The translations under genes and the position numbers were made by a program. A DNA stretch of 64,000 nucleotides, from contig JAQFVV010000003.1 in assembly GCA_028023455.1 (NCBI GenBank), positions 124,001 to 188,000 of the forward strand, in the 5' to 3' direction. The notes below the pieces were generated by a model. It made no database searches. It was given only the letters and a program-made list of their open reading frames with translations, and was not told where the DNA came from. Below are positions 1 through 14,450 of this stretch, piece after piece. Within the stretch, counting starts at the first letter, position 1. Each line of letters starts with the position of its first letter. The stretch is from Epiperipatus broadwayi. Its lineage: Eukaryota > Animalia > Onychophora.

Positions 1-949
1 ACATAGACATGTTTTTCAGATTTTAATCAATGTTTAATATTTAAAAAAAAATAGCTGATCAACAAGTAATCCAATTGATCATTTAACATTGGTTGGAAAA
101 TGGATATTTAGCTATTCTAGCTAGAGAGTAAACAAGGTATTATTGGCAAGCTTATTGCATAACGTTTTTTTTCTATAACTTAATAACTTATATTTATTAC
201 TTTTTAAATTTATATGTGGTAAATATGAACTGAAATTTTATTTTATACTATGTTTTTATTTACCAAGTTTTTTTTTTTTTAAAAAAAAAACACAACGTTA
301 TGACACTTGATTTTCGATTATGTATATTAAATTAATATGATTATTTTTTTTAGAGTAAAGTAAGATTGTTAAATGTAATATCTGATATTAATTTATGTTT
401 AGATTCATAGAAGCACCTTGTTCCATTTTAAGTATTTATAGACTGGTAAAGCCAATTTAAATAGTCCACGGAAATGTAAAGGCTTTTTTAAAAATTTGGA
501 CTAAAGTGTCTATTTCATTCTTGTTTACCCTCCAAGTTCTAGAATAGGTAAATATTGATATACTAAACAGTATGAAATAGTTTTCTGAATTGATTATGTC
601 AGCTAATTGTCAAAAAGTCTAAACCTGATTCAAACTTTTAAAAATATTTCTAATCAGATTTTAAACTCAGATCATGTTTTTGGCATGCAAATATGTAACC
701 ACTATATATAAAATCCATTCTAAATGATTATGGTGGGTTATAAATATATTTAGTTAAATCATTTTGCTAATAAATGATGCATATGAATGTTAATCATAAT
801 ATTTTATGAGTATAGTTATACAGCAGTGTACTAGTTAAAGACTTATATTTTTACTTTACCATATTGTTCAGAAGTATTTATAAAAAAAAATATTATACTA
901 GCCAAAACCTGACAGAGTTATAAATGCTCACAGACAAATCTATATATTC

Positions 950-1800
950 ACTTACTCATGACAATACTATCAGTTATTGTCAAAAAGCAGGTTTATGTTC
1001 CCAAATCCACTAACATTCCCTAAGTCTTTATGTATTTTACCTTTCACATACTTATTTATTACCTTTTTAAAATTTGTCAATAAATTTTTTTTTTCTATCT
1101 TTTTACAAATAGTTCTTATAATTTCTTATATTACATCTCTTAGTCATGTATAACCCCATTTCCACGTCTTTTTAACACAGTTATATTTCTGATCCTATTT
1201 TTCAACTTAACTTTTCCACTCTACTTCATATTCACATTTCTGAAGCCTCTGATTTCTCTTTCAGTTTTTGAAGTTGTCTATATTTTTAATCCACATAGTT
1301 AACAAACATTCTTCCTAGATCTACTTGTAATGGTTGGCAGAATATCTTTCCTTTATTAAGACCTGTTTGGATATTGCAATTTATATGATTTCTTTATCAC
1401 TATTTCTGTTATCAATTATCCCAGTTTCCAAATACTTAAAGATACTAATCTGGTTAATAACTTATGTCCCATTGCTTGTTCCTAATCCCTCTTATCCATT
1501 ATCTATTTTCATTAATTTAATTAGCATTTATTTTGATAATAAACTTTTTGTAAGGTTTGTCAATTCTTTATAATATTTTAATCAGGTTACCTTTATGGAT
1601 GAAATAATTCTACATCATTATAATACTAATATAATTAAATCTACCCCCTCCACACCACATGCTAATTCAGTCTTCATCGAATATCTTTATTCTGAGACTA
1701 GACAACTTTTTTGTCTTACTTATTTTCTCATAGCTATTTTCATTATAAGATTATTTAATTGTTTAGGTATATTAATATATAATGATTTTTAATAAACACA
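950..1800 (-). mobile_element. Decayed RTE-clade LINE, RT and C-terminal region
   Basis: Minus-strand translation across stops and frameshifts gives VRQKSC (GVRQGC-like), YYNDVEL (YADD-like), IFKYLETGII...DKEI and EASEM*I*SRVEKLS* (EAFEMWxWRR..KISW-like). Confidence 0.65.
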
Positions 1801-4800
1801 TAAATAATTGTATAGGTAACAATTATGTAATATTAAGAATAAAAGTCTATTGGATAAAACAAACAAGGTCAAATATATTAATAAGGTATTTCAAGCAAAA
1901 TTCCTAAAGAATCAAACAAAACTAATTGTTTTTTAATATTACTATCTGACAAACAAGGACCATATAAAAGTGATCATTTTGATTATCTTTTTTCTAATGA
2001 AATAGATTGACATTGATATAATCAAAAGTGGAAAATGTTTACAAATTTATTTAAATGATTTTTTTTTTAGGAATCTTGCTTGTGAATTATCTTAGTAATG
2101 TATTTAGACTTGTTTGTTCTGTCAATGTTTCCTTCTATGTGATTATATATACATTGTAATCATTTCCAAGAACAATAATAAATAAAATAACAAAAATAAA
2201 GTCTCAAAACAGACACAGCTCAGCTGGAACATGTCCAAGGGAGTAAGACTTGGCTAGCATGAGCATGAGTCTAAAGGAAAGATCACAAAGCACCACCCAC
2301 TCACATTACATCAGCCACTTTTTATCTCTCATGGCTTGTAACTCATAATTACAAAGTAGAAAATTAGAAACAAGTTTGGCTAGCATATGCATGAGCAAAT
2401 TTAAAGGGAGAGGTCACAAAGAGTACATGAAGATAATAACCTCCAATATTAAACATCGATTAAATTAACTTTAAGACCTAAAGCAAAAATATTACAAAAT
2501 AAATTTAGTTTGCAATACTAATAAATAGTTAATGATCAGGTCTATGAAGTAAATATGAAATTCAAATTATGAGTTGGGTGATAAATGAATTAAGATGTAG
2601 ATGATTAAATAGATGATAAAAAAACAAATAATAATTAATTAATAAAAAATGAATGAATGTAAGAGTGAGGGGAAAAAAAGGAAATGTGTTAGGGTGACGA
2701 ATAATTAAGATTGTGATAGAATAAGAATCAATGGTCAATGAATTAATTATGATAATGGATTAAGATGAAATAAGGATGAAAAAGAAAAAAAAGAAAAATA
2801 TAGATAAGTTATGATAATAATGTTGTTGGTGAAGAATGAGATCCTGAACTATAAAACTAATATTGTGTTAAACAATAGCAAGACAATAATTAAATAAAGT
2901 AAGGGTTCTAAGCTTGACTAAAACAAAATATCTAACCACTAAATTAAAATGGATTATAAGTTTTATATTAGAAAAGAAACTCATATCATAAAATTATACA
3001 GAATCAATTAAACAAAAAGAATAAATATAAGAGATAAAGGCAAGGCATAATAAATCACTTCAGAAATGAAAAATTATAATAGATTCAAAATTGAGACTAT
3101 TAATTAATAATTTACTTTTCTCAGGGTTCAAATAACTTCAATATTACTATTTTAAAAGATAGATTTGGATCAGTGAGAATGATTTTGCCACTATCCAAAT
3201 ATAACAAGCAAAAACAGCTCATAAAACAAAATGGAATTAGTAAAAAATATTTCGCAATTCCAATACTAACAATAATATGAACTTTAAATTTTATAAAGTA
3301 TTAATAACTTCTTAACAAAGTAAATATAATAATTTACAAACCATCTTTTATTTAATAACCATGGACAATATGATCAAGATCAATAAATGACATATCTAAT
3401 GATTTAGATAAGCAGATTATTCCAAAATTAAATATTTAACCTTTAAAACATTATTTATAAATAATCCATGTTCTTAAGACCATAAGTGTTTTAATCAATA
3501 AGATATAAAGCTTTATATACTCTCAATATAAGAGCTTAGCAAAACTTATTTAGATATGCTAACACACAATAAAATCTATTATGTTGACTGATGATGATTT
3601 TTATGACAACCATAAAAATAATATGTTGATAGAAATAACAATATGGATAGTGATTAGCAATAATGTCATAGACAACTAAATATATTTTCAAACAAGATTT
3701 ATTTACATTATTTACAAGTTTTATGTATATACTAATAACAACAAAGAAAACAAACACAATCCTGGACAATTGTGACAGAAATTTATGTATAACAAGATTT
3801 AATTACATCATTTTATGATGTAATGGAAGATTTCTTAGAATCCATTTACCAGTTTAATAAATTATTACATTTGTATTTATTATTACTCAAATCTATTACT
3901 CACATTGAATTTATTTGACTTACTATGCACTTTATATTTTAAATTATTACCTTTTAATTTATCATTACTCAAATTTATTACCTACATTAAATTTACTATT
4001 GACTTATTATACTTTTGTATTTTACTTATTTATTAATAGCATAATTTTAAAAATTTATCCACTTTAAATAGACACAGGCAATATATTTCAAAATTTCTAT
4101 TCAATGGTTAATAAGCCACTAATATTATTACTCAGGATAACATAATGAATGTACTTAAGATACAGTAGTTTAAGCTATCATATATTACTAGAAATTATTG
4201 ACTTCTTGTTTTAATTCATTTATATATGCTATTAAACAGACAGCATTGCTTTAAGAGTCAAGACTATCATTTTCTACTCTTTAATTATTAGTTTTACCTT
4301 ATAGGACTCTTTAAAATTAAAAAAAAATATCTTAAGGAAAAATATCAGCATTTTAAAACAAATTGAGAATAAATGATAATTAACATATCTTAATGATATA
4401 GATGGAATCATCTCAAATGGATAGAGATTAAGTAACAATCTATTATAAAATAACTTTTAACTAATATTATCTTTTATCATCGTTTTGCTCAATGCTAAGT
4501 ACAATCTACATTTTCAAATATCATATTTTAGAACCATTAGAACTTAGGAATATGAAATATAATAAAACATATGATACATCTGAAGATATAATAAGGTTGA
4601 GTTAAAACAAAAGATAACAAACAATAACTTAGATCATGGTGATCTCGTGACTGCATATGGTCTGTAATCCTGGTGTCACTTCTGGAGCACCTTTGAGGAT
4701 ATAAAAGGAAGGGGTGATCAATTCCTTGTTTAAACAACTATACCAACACATTGTTTAAAATGCTGATGTTGCTTCTGGATCACTTTTAGGGATATGAAAA

Positions 4801-5899
4801 AAAGGAAGGGGTGTCTAATCTCTTATTTAATAACTTGATCAATACACTACACAAATATGGCCTTAATTTGCTCAGTTTGATAGTCATTATTTATTATTCA
4901 CCCACAATGGTCATTTATATCATCACTCAAGGAAAGAGAATAAGTTCACCTGGTGTGATGCAACATGGACTACCAAATATTCCAAAATATTATACACTTA
5001 TCATTATAACCATTTAACATGATGATAGATAAATCTAATACTAATATTACTTATCACAAATATATAATGATACTAGCAAAATGGAATATTTTATTATTTG
5101 ACATGTAAAATTTATAATTATCATTATCAATTCGAAAAATGACCCCAAACTATAGTTGTTTTTAGCTATTAATTAGGTAAATATTACACATATTAAATAC
5201 TATGTTTAATGTACTTAAATTAACTAAAGTTATATACTACCCATTTATTATTATTATTCAGCAATTGTAGTTTATTATCATAAAAAAATAATATTAAGAA
5301 TAAACTGTAATAGTTTTTTTTACCTAAGTTCATATTTTAAATATGAATGAAATTTACAACAAGTAAGATTACTTTAAATATTTTTTTATATTTGATCAAA
5401 TTTATATTTATTATGAGTTTCATTTTTTTTTACACAAACCAGTCTTTATATCTGTAATAATAATAATATATATAATATTACAAGACAATACATATAATAT
5501 TAATGATAATAATGATCACAATATAAACTTCTTTCACATTCCTTCTTGTGAAACTAAGAGAACAAAATCTTGATGGGAACCCTTTTTTCTGCAGCATTAT
5601 GTGATTGATAAGTGTTCTTTCCCACATGAGTATATTTCATATTTATTTATTAGCTTAAATTATAATCCTGGTGCATCACTTGATCTAACAACAATTGTAG
5701 TTTTCATCATTAACTTCAACACTTTGTTTTAGTTAATTTTAATATAATATTTCACATTAGTTTATATATGTCACGACTGCCTTATAAATTCAAATACATC
5801 AATAAAAAACATTACGTATCTCATATTATAGTTCTGTTTATTTTTAAATTCATCCTGACTGAAAGTACAAAATAATTTTCTTTCCTTTCTTCTGGCCAT

Positions 5900-6700
5900 G
5901 CCAAATAAGTCTAATTAATTTGTAATGCACATAGTAAATATAATAATTAAAACAGTTATAAAATAAAGAGTAAAGTTTCATGTTAATGAACTTCTTAGTT
6001 GAGTTAAATTTGAAGTCCATTTTGGCAGGATTTTTTTTTCAAGATATCTATCTGTTTAAAATGTGAATTCTTTATAATAATTGATTGACAGTAGTGATGT
6101 GTTTCATGTATGTAGGCCAAATGGAGTTTTTACTCCATTAGTTGCAAAGTAAAATATGATTCAATTTCATTTTTAATTCAATTCAAATTCAATTTTACTT
6201 TTTAATAATCTGCTTCCCAGTACTTTGTTAATTCAGTTTTCTCCACAATCTGTTATTCCTTATAAAAATCTATATTAGCCTATTTATAAACTTTCATCAG
6301 AGAGTATCATTGTACAAATTGACAAACCAATAGAGTTATTGTATGTGCATACATTAACATACAATTAATAGTTCTCTATCTATAAGCATAAGGATAACTA
6401 ATTAAGCTGTTCAAAACTATTTTAAATCACAATAGAAATATTATTGGGAATTAATTATAAAGATTAATTTAGAATAACTATAATTTTAAGTCTTTCTAAC
6501 TATTATTTAATAATAACAAAATACCATATCTTTAATTTCAATCATAACATTAATAAATTATTATTCTGATACTACTGAAATTAGTCCATCTGACATATTG
6601 CATATAAAAAGTTTTATACACAATCTGGCAGAGGGCCTAGCTCATCTCTTGAACAGTCTGATTCTTTATCACTCTCAGGAGATTTATAGATAAAATTTAC
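5900..6700 (-). mobile_element. Possible highly decayed LINE RT relic
   Basis: Only weak YADD-like and KYLG-like remnants are visible on the minus strand. Confidence 0.3.
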
Positions 6701-6863
6701 TTATTTTTATAATATAATTTAGCAACCATAATAACATGCCACTCACATAATACACATATTTAAGGTTGAATAGTTATGTAATTATTACCAATTAAAATTT
6801 AAAATTATATATAATTGACCATTTAAATAGGACTTGACAAATATCAAGTGAAATCATAAGGTT

Positions 6864-6866
<3 letters not shown>

Positions 6867-6944
<78 letters not shown>
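6867..6944. repeat. (TA)n microsatellite
   Basis: Perfect AT dinucleotide run of about 78 bp. Confidence 0.98.
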
Positions 6945-6948
<4 letters not shown>

Positions 6949-7129
6949 CATAAGTAATAATAATAAATATACTCATATACTCTCATAATTGAGGTATGGT
7001 GGTTATTCTAACTCAAAAGAAAGAGTGAGAGAGAGAGAAAAAAAAGCTGCTCTAAAAACCACAAATATAATCACATATAAAACATGCAGGTTTTTTTTTT
7101 TTTTTGATTTCTTAAAATTTTACAATGTT

Positions 7130-7480
7130 GTTTTTAATTTTTTTCAGCAGAATATTTTTCTTTTGAAATACTTCAACATGGTGTCTAATTGCAGCTCTCC
7201 AATGTATTCTATTCTCTGTCATATTTTTCCAGTGGAAATAACTGCCATTACCCTTTTTTCAAATGTCTTTGAGATAATCCTTATATTTTAGTCACAGTCT
7301 ATTTCTCTCATGACAACGTTCTCAAGTTGACATACCTATTGATTGGTTTTAATGATATTATTGTATTTTTAAGGTTTTACAGAGTATCATTAAATGAAAC
7401 TTTCCTAATACCTTATTAATAGGACATCCAAGTCTCACTTCCATACAATATATTAGATAAAAAACAATTCTATATTGTAT
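7130..7480 (-). mobile_element. RTE/BovB-type LINE 3' coding relic
   Basis: Minus strand reads ILYGSETWMSY and KYKDYLKDI*...WKNMTENRIHWRAAIRHHVEVFQ, matching the typical RTE C-terminus. Confidence 0.8.
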
Positions 7481-8404
7481 CATTGCATAGGTAGCTACAA
7501 AATAAGAAAATGATGTGGGAATGGTAAAAAGAAAGTTAACTAAATACCCATAATGTCAGTAGAATGTGACAATATGTATCATTATTAAAAAGGTAAAATA
7601 TTAAGTTAATAATTATAATGATAATAAAAAGAAATAAAACATTAAAATATTGTTCATAATAAAAGAAACAAATCAGAATTATTAAAATTAAAATGTAACA
7701 AAAAATTATTAAATTATTAATTAATAAGTGATCATGGTTTGTTTCAAAACAAATTCAAATGTATAAAAAAAACAATACTTTTGTGGCCATTTTCTTTCTT
7801 TTTTTCTGTAGTTTCTGAATTTTAATTGTTATTGATCAATAATCATATAATTAGAGATTGGTTAAAATAGATATACTGAATTTTGAAGGTGGATGGCTGA
7901 AAGATGTTAAAGAAACATTTTTAATAAATATTTTTTGATAAATGCAGAGCCGTGGTAAAGGATTTGAACAGAACATAGTTTGCTGGAGGAGAGAATAAAT
8001 GAATTTAAAACTGTCTACAATACTATAAAAGGGGAGTCATCATTACACAGCATATAACTTTTAGTACTTGAAATCAATGCAGCAAGATATACTTTCTGGT
8101 AAGAGTAATATTTTCATTATTATCAATATTTTTGAAATGGCAAATGTACTTGTCATTCATGTCTTAGAATGTATGGCTAGATTTGCCCAGGAGGGATTCA
8201 TTTCTATCATAGTATGTGGTTCCATAGATAAGAAAGTTGCAAAGATTCAACCACAGTTTGAAAAAAAAAAGTCACTCAGTATTGTTTGAAAAAAATGTGC
8301 TTATCTTGTCCATAAATTGGAATCACAATTGCCAATTTCCTCCAGAATTATACCTGTTGATAAGTTATGAAAAAAAAACATATTGATGCTGATCAATCAA
8401 ACTT

Positions 8405-8680
8405 TTTATTCCTTTGTAAGCCAGAAATAAGGAAAACCAAAGATTATTTAATAGACTAATAATTTGTTTGCCAGCCAAAAAAAAAAAAAAAAACATACAT
8501 TACTTAATAGACTTTTTATTCATTTTGCAGCCAAAAATAAAAAAAAAAGGTTTGTTAAATAGTCTGAATTATTATTTGCTAGCTAACAATAAGCAAACCT
8601 AAGAACAAATAAACCAATATTTCATTCATTTGTCAGCTGATAGAAGGAAACTAAGGATAAACAAACTTAAGCCAATAAAC
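8405..8680. repeat. Degenerate ~55-bp minisatellite, about 5 copies
   Basis: A recurring TTTG(T/C)..AGC(C/T)A-A-rich-...AATAG(A/T)CT motif appears near 8412, 8463, 8523, 8575 and 8628. Confidence 0.5.
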
Positions 8681-9690
8681 ATTACATGATCACCATTTTT
8701 TTATTTTTGCTTATAACTGTTATTAAAACAAGCAAACCTCTTCATACAGTATTGCCTTCTGGCATTCACTGATTATTCTGGTTTACACTGAGTGGCAATA
8801 ATGTATGGAGAGTTTTTCCTGTTTTGATTAACAGATAATTCTTAATAACTTGGTTGATAAATAAGACTGTTTTGTGTATGTTTCAGTGACAAAATTTTGT
8901 TATTAGCATAGGCTCATGAACTACATCTTATTTAGTTATTTTTTTATTATAGTTATTATATTTAATACTATTAAATGTATAATATATTTTTCTGTTCTGA
9001 ATAATATTATTAACGTATTATGTAATTTTAATTAATTATAAATTTTTTTGAGTGTAACATTAAAACATTGATCAGTCATCGATGATGAATGAAATATTTT
9101 GGTTTATAGTAATAAATATAGATTGTGATGGAAGTTATTAAAAACATTAGATTGTAGAAAGGATGTTAAAGATCTTATCAATGACCATGTCCTCTATGTT
9201 GGAAAAGACCTTTATTTGACTAAGAGTATGGATGCATTACATTATTTCTGCATGGATTAAAATGTTAAAATGTAGTCTGTTTAATTTTCATTATTGCATT
9301 TCTTCATTTTAACCAGATGTTTAAACTAAGTAGTTAAGCAGTGCAATATTGTGATTGAGTTTTTGTACTCAAACTATTGCTTGGTACTGGTAGGATAAAT
9401 ATTTAAGGAATGAAGATTTGAACTTCAGTTCTGGTTGGAACTGTGGTAAGTTTGGAATGGTACCAGCTCAAACAAATAATTTTTCCAGTGGACTCAAGTC
9501 TCTTAGTCCATAATATCCTTACTTTTTATTAAGTTGCTTTGCATATGATAGAGATGCATATATATGGATAATCTATGATGGCAGGAAATATTCCTATTGC
9601 ATGGATAACACTAAATAGACATATACTGATAATGCCATTCAGTATGCTCATTACCAATTTTTGTTGGAGGTTCAAAATTACAGTCTTGTT

Positions 9691-9966
9691 TCAATATATA
9701 ACTAACTTGGTTGCAATAGTTATTTTCCTGTGATAAAATGCTATACATTTTAACTTATTAAAAGCAGCAGCACATTGTATCTCAACATTTATGTCTACCT
9801 TTTTGCTTATAAATCTACCAAAGTATTTAAACTGATTTATATTTTCAAGTTGATAACTATTTAAGCTAAAATTTGATAAGAATTTTTTTTCCATTATTGA
9901 ATGATAAAAAATTTGAGATTTTAAAACACCAATCAATGCATTTAAATTTTTATATGTTACATTCAA
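9691..9966 (-). mobile_element. RTE-clade LINE relic (RT thumb)
   Basis: The ORF-track peptide LENINQFKYFGRFISKKVDINVEIQCAAAFNKLK...KITIATKLVIY matches the RTE pattern FKYLGS.IS..ID.EI..RI.KA..AF..L...TK..IY. Confidence 0.75.
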
Positions 9967-10639
9967 AACATTGTGTATATTACTTAAGTTGTTTTTTGAA
10001 TTGACAAAAACAAAACAATCATCAGCATACTGTAAATACAGAATTCAATATGTTCCTGTTTTCACTTTTAATAAATTCAAATTAAAATGTCACCATTTAA
10101 TTTATACTATTTCCTGATCCTTGGTTTAAGCTGCATATAAATAATTCCAAAACATATAACAATTTCAATTGGCTCATATATTTTATATGTAGTAATTATT
10201 ACTTTCTCTCAATCCATCATATGGGAATTGTATAAAACTAATAAAAGTATTTGTATAATAATTTGAGATTAAGACTGAAGCAACTGATACAGTAAATAAT
10301 TGAAATACTCTCTAGACACAACATAAGATAATAATTTTTACAAGAGATTGATCCAAAAAAAAAGCTGTCCATCTTCACTTCTTAACTCATTTTTTTATTT
10401 AGAGAGTTATCTGAAGCATTTAAGTTAGAAAGAATGAATATCCAATTTACATTGTCTGATATTATTATTTTACATGTTTGAGAGTTTTCACAAGTTAAGC
10501 TTGTCAACACCTATTCAAACAATGAAAATATGTAAAATATTTAAGTTGGAGTAACTAAACGATAATGGAAATGTATATAAATATATTTAATTTATATAAA
10601 AATTATTCAGTAAATATTATTCCTTCCTGTTTATATCTT

Positions 10640-11150
10640 TTTTTTAAAGTGATCTAACACAATAATTCAATTCATTCTATCAAATGATTTTTCCATATCA
10701 ATAAACAAATTATTAATATTTTTCTTTTATTCTACATATTTCTCAATTATAGTTGATATTCTTCTTCTTGCATCTTTGTCATTCAGTCTTTTCTAAATCC
10801 GAACTGTTATTCTGATAAAAAGAAGTCCAATGTTTTAAGAATTTGTGTATTCTATACCTCAGTAATACTTTTCCTACATGAAACATTAAATTCATTGTTC
10901 CAAAATTTTTACATGAAAATGAATTATATCTTTCTAAATAAAACTATACTGTTGAAAAAAAAGTCATTAATAATTTTTCTCATTTACACATTGTAAATAT
11001 CAAACATTTTACTCAAAACATTTTTTTATAACAATCAGTAATACAAATGGGATCCTATCAATTCCCTATATTCTACCAGTTTTCATATCAAATAAAATTT
11101 TCACCACTTCAACCTTCATTACAGCATAATTTATTTTATTTTAATCTACA
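10640..11150 (-). mobile_element. RTE-clade LINE relic (RT N-terminal half)
   Basis: Minus strand gives EVVKILFDMKTG..GIDRIP, E*QFGFRK and LFIDMEKSFDRMN* (D.EKAFD motif). Confidence 0.72.
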
Positions 11151-12079
11151 TAGAATTCGTTGGCAATTAATATTTATAGAAAGAAAGGTTTTATTTGTTG
11201 CTGGATAGTATTGTTACATCAATATTATTAAAAAAATCAATTTTTTTTCTTCTTGAAGACATATTGCTATAGTCAGTAAACTTTGACCAAAAAGTTCTTT
11301 GATGTGATGGCATTAATGCTATACACTTAAATGATCTAATGATTACTGAATTTTTAGACAATACATGAATTAATTGTCATAATTATATTGATAAATAGAA
11401 AAATCACTCTAAAGAAATGTGGCTATATTTATATTCAAATCAATAGCATCTAATAGATTACATTATAACTAGAATGTAAAATACAGAAAAATTACATATT
11501 ATTAAACAGTTGATAGACTAGTACACTCCAAGTTTAAAATAACAGTTGCATTAAAAATAGCTTCTATTCTAAACATATTTGTAAGAAAATTGATGTCTTA
11601 GGAGCATTTAGTAATAATGCTAAATTTCACTAACTAAAATTATTAATTTCAACTTTCAATGATGTCAATATTACTAAGACATAGATTAAAAAATATTCTT
11701 AGTTCTCTAGCAATGATCTTATTAGTGACTTGATTAAAGAAAATGTAAATTTTTTACTTGGCAGAACAATAAATGGATTATGGAGCTTTATAATTAATAT
11801 ATAAATTTCAAGTTATAAATTCAACTGGCAAGAAAGCTTTAAAATGTTTGGCGGACCTTTAATTTTTTTTGATACATTAAAAATAACATTTAGGTTTAAA
11901 ACGCAATATCATAATTCTATTAAACATTAATGGCACTCTTATAAAATGAAGATGGAGTCTTTTGATTATCATTTTAATAATAATATATGAATTAATGATA
12001 TATATATATATTATTCACTAGAATAAAAACTACAATATATATATTTAGAATTGGATAAAAATATCCAGTTTAGTGACAA

Positions 12080-13140
12080 AACTACAATAATCTTCAAATG
12101 GAAATAATTCATGACCTAATGAGTTAAATGAGGTTTCAAAATAGTGAAATAAGATATTATTAGTTTCAAAGATATTGGAATTTTTTTTAAGGAATATACA
12201 AATTTATGAAGTTGTGCTACCTGATCTTATGGATACTTTTTTTATTATAATTTTAAAAATAAAGGACTAAAGACAACTGAATTAATTATCATGGAAAATA
12301 ATTGTTATCCACTATAATACAATTATTTAAAAAAATTATTAAATAGATGACTTTGAGTTATAGGAAATTGATTATTAGAGACTCAATGCAGTTTTAAAAA
12401 CTAAGAAGCACTATAGATATGCTTTTGTTGCCAGGCAAATGCAAGAAAGAAATTATTTATGTTATTGCTTTTGTTGATTCAATCAAGGCATTTGACTCAA
12501 TTAATTAAAATGGTTTATGGAACTATAGGATATTAATAGGTTAAGTGATGGAATAGTAGAAAGTGTCATTTCCTACAGGTGAAAATTTTAAAACATTTGA
12601 AATGAAAAGTGGTGTTAAATAATGATGTATACTTATCCCAATATTATTTTTTATTTTTATGATAGTAATCATTGAAACTATTTATATGTAACTCAATGAT
12701 TTAGGGATAAATATTTACTACAGGTTTGTTGGTGAAATTTTAAATTTGAGTTACATTAGAGGCATTATTTTCTCGACTTTTACATTTACTGTATATTGAT
12801 GATTATACTATTTTTGTCAGATCCAAAAGATGATTTACAAAATGTATTTAATATTATAGTTATGAAGACTGATTTGTAAATTGACTAAATGACTGTCATC
12901 TTTGTCGAGAAGCATAGAATGTTTTTCATAGATAAAACATGATAGTTCCACTGCTTCAGATCACTGTTGTATTTTATTGTCATTGGTATTAGCATAGGAT
13001 TTTTTTATAATATAGATTCTATTGCACTGCTTTTATTGATTTTTTAATTTGAAACAAAATGTGAAGAGATCAGTATCTTATGGACAGTTGGCAAACATTA
13101 ATAGTCTTTACTTTAATGCTCTCAAAGAAAAGATTTTTTA
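12080..13140 (+). mobile_element. RTE-clade LINE relic, RT core (5' part)
   Basis: Plus strand gives RSTIDM, FVARQMQE, IAFVDSIKAFDSIN, KSGVK**CILIPILF and LYIDDYTIF, with stops and frameshifts. Confidence 0.82.
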
Positions 13141-13989
13141 AAAAAATTTCCTCATTGTAATCTTGTTTTCACAGAAAGCTTTTGGAATAAAAAATATGAT
13201 TTTTTTGTTTGTTTATTAAATATTTCTAATTATTTTATACACTAAACAAAAAAAAATACACATATTCAATTTAATTTTATTCATTAATCATTAATAAACT
13301 TGATTTTAATATTAACAATGAAAATCATAGCATCAGTTTGACCATATATTCTTTGAAATCATTGTATAACATCATTATCTATTGAAATTATGATGGTATT
13401 ATAATTTTTTTAAATATTTTAATAATTATAAAGCAAATATCAGATTTTAAAGTAGAAGTCGATAGATTTATCACAAATCTGCATTTATTTACTTGCATTA
13501 AAAAACAACAACATAAAATAAAAATCATTCATTTTCTGAAAGAGTGTTTACATTAAAATTGTTGGTGACATTTATTACAACTGAAATTTTAAATATTTAC
13601 AAAATTCAAATATGACTTTTTTTAAAAAAATATTCATTTATAAAATTAAAGTTAATAAATATCAAGTCTGATTTATTGAGTTTTAGTAAAAAAAAAAGAT
13701 TTTATACAAAAGTGAATGGTTGAGCATTTTCAAAAACATCCACCAGGTGTAACAATAGAAAATATCAGAATTTGAAAAAGTGATATAATAAAACTTTATA
13801 TATTTTATAATATGAAATGGAAGGAAAATCTTTAATAACTTTTGAGTAGTTATCAATCTAAGAATGGAAATCAATATATTTTTGTTGATTTTTATTTAAA
13901 AAGCTGGATTTGGGTGTTACACCAACTTCATGGTATTTCTACTGCTTTTAACAAGTTATAAAAAAGATATTTCATCACAATGACATAAT

Positions 13990-14450
13990 CATTGCAAATA
14001 GAATTATTATTTTCCTTAATTTATAGGATGGAAGTGACTCTTGTATTTTTTACAAGATATTAGAAAATTTTCATTTAAAATTGCTTTATGAAATTTTAAA
14101 AATTCAATGATAAGACCATAAGGTCAATCAGTATGTTCTTTAGCTTAAATAAATGTGATACTTTGGAATCTACTGTTATAAAATCATAACTTCACTGGAT
14201 TGGACATATGAAACAAATGAAGCATTATGGGATTTCTAAAAAATTATTTTATCGTGAATCTGAGCATAGTTTTTATGGAAGAGACAGATTTTATTTACCT
14301 TAAAAAAGTTATCTTAAAGACATTCTAACAAATGCAATCTTGATTATTTATATTGGGAAGATATGTCTGAAGATAGGATAAAACTGAGAATTACAATTGA
14401 ATAAAATAGTCAAGTTTTTTTTAAGAAGGAAAAATTTGTTGCAGAAGTTA
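13990..14450 (+). mobile_element. RTE-clade LINE relic, C-terminal part (continues 12080-13140)
   Basis: LENFHLKLLYEILKIQ**DHKVNQYVL and LHWIGHMKQM...SKKLFY match the RTE C-terminus. Confidence 0.8.

Noticed and set aside
2248-4860. Short two-copy direct repeats (~2248/2373, ~3882/3964, ~4665/4765)
   Set aside because: They are diverged local duplications with no constant repeat/spacer pattern or terminal features.
6792-6986. ORFs with IYIYIY, YYYY or IIII runs (also 24277-24544, 52721-53019, 60215-60415)
   Set aside because: These are translations of (TA)n and (TAT)n microsatellites.
8068-8289. 73-aa ORF as a host exon (likewise most other 60-100-aa ORFs in the track)
   Set aside because: There is no recognisable homology or convincing splice context, and the composition matches AT-rich noise.
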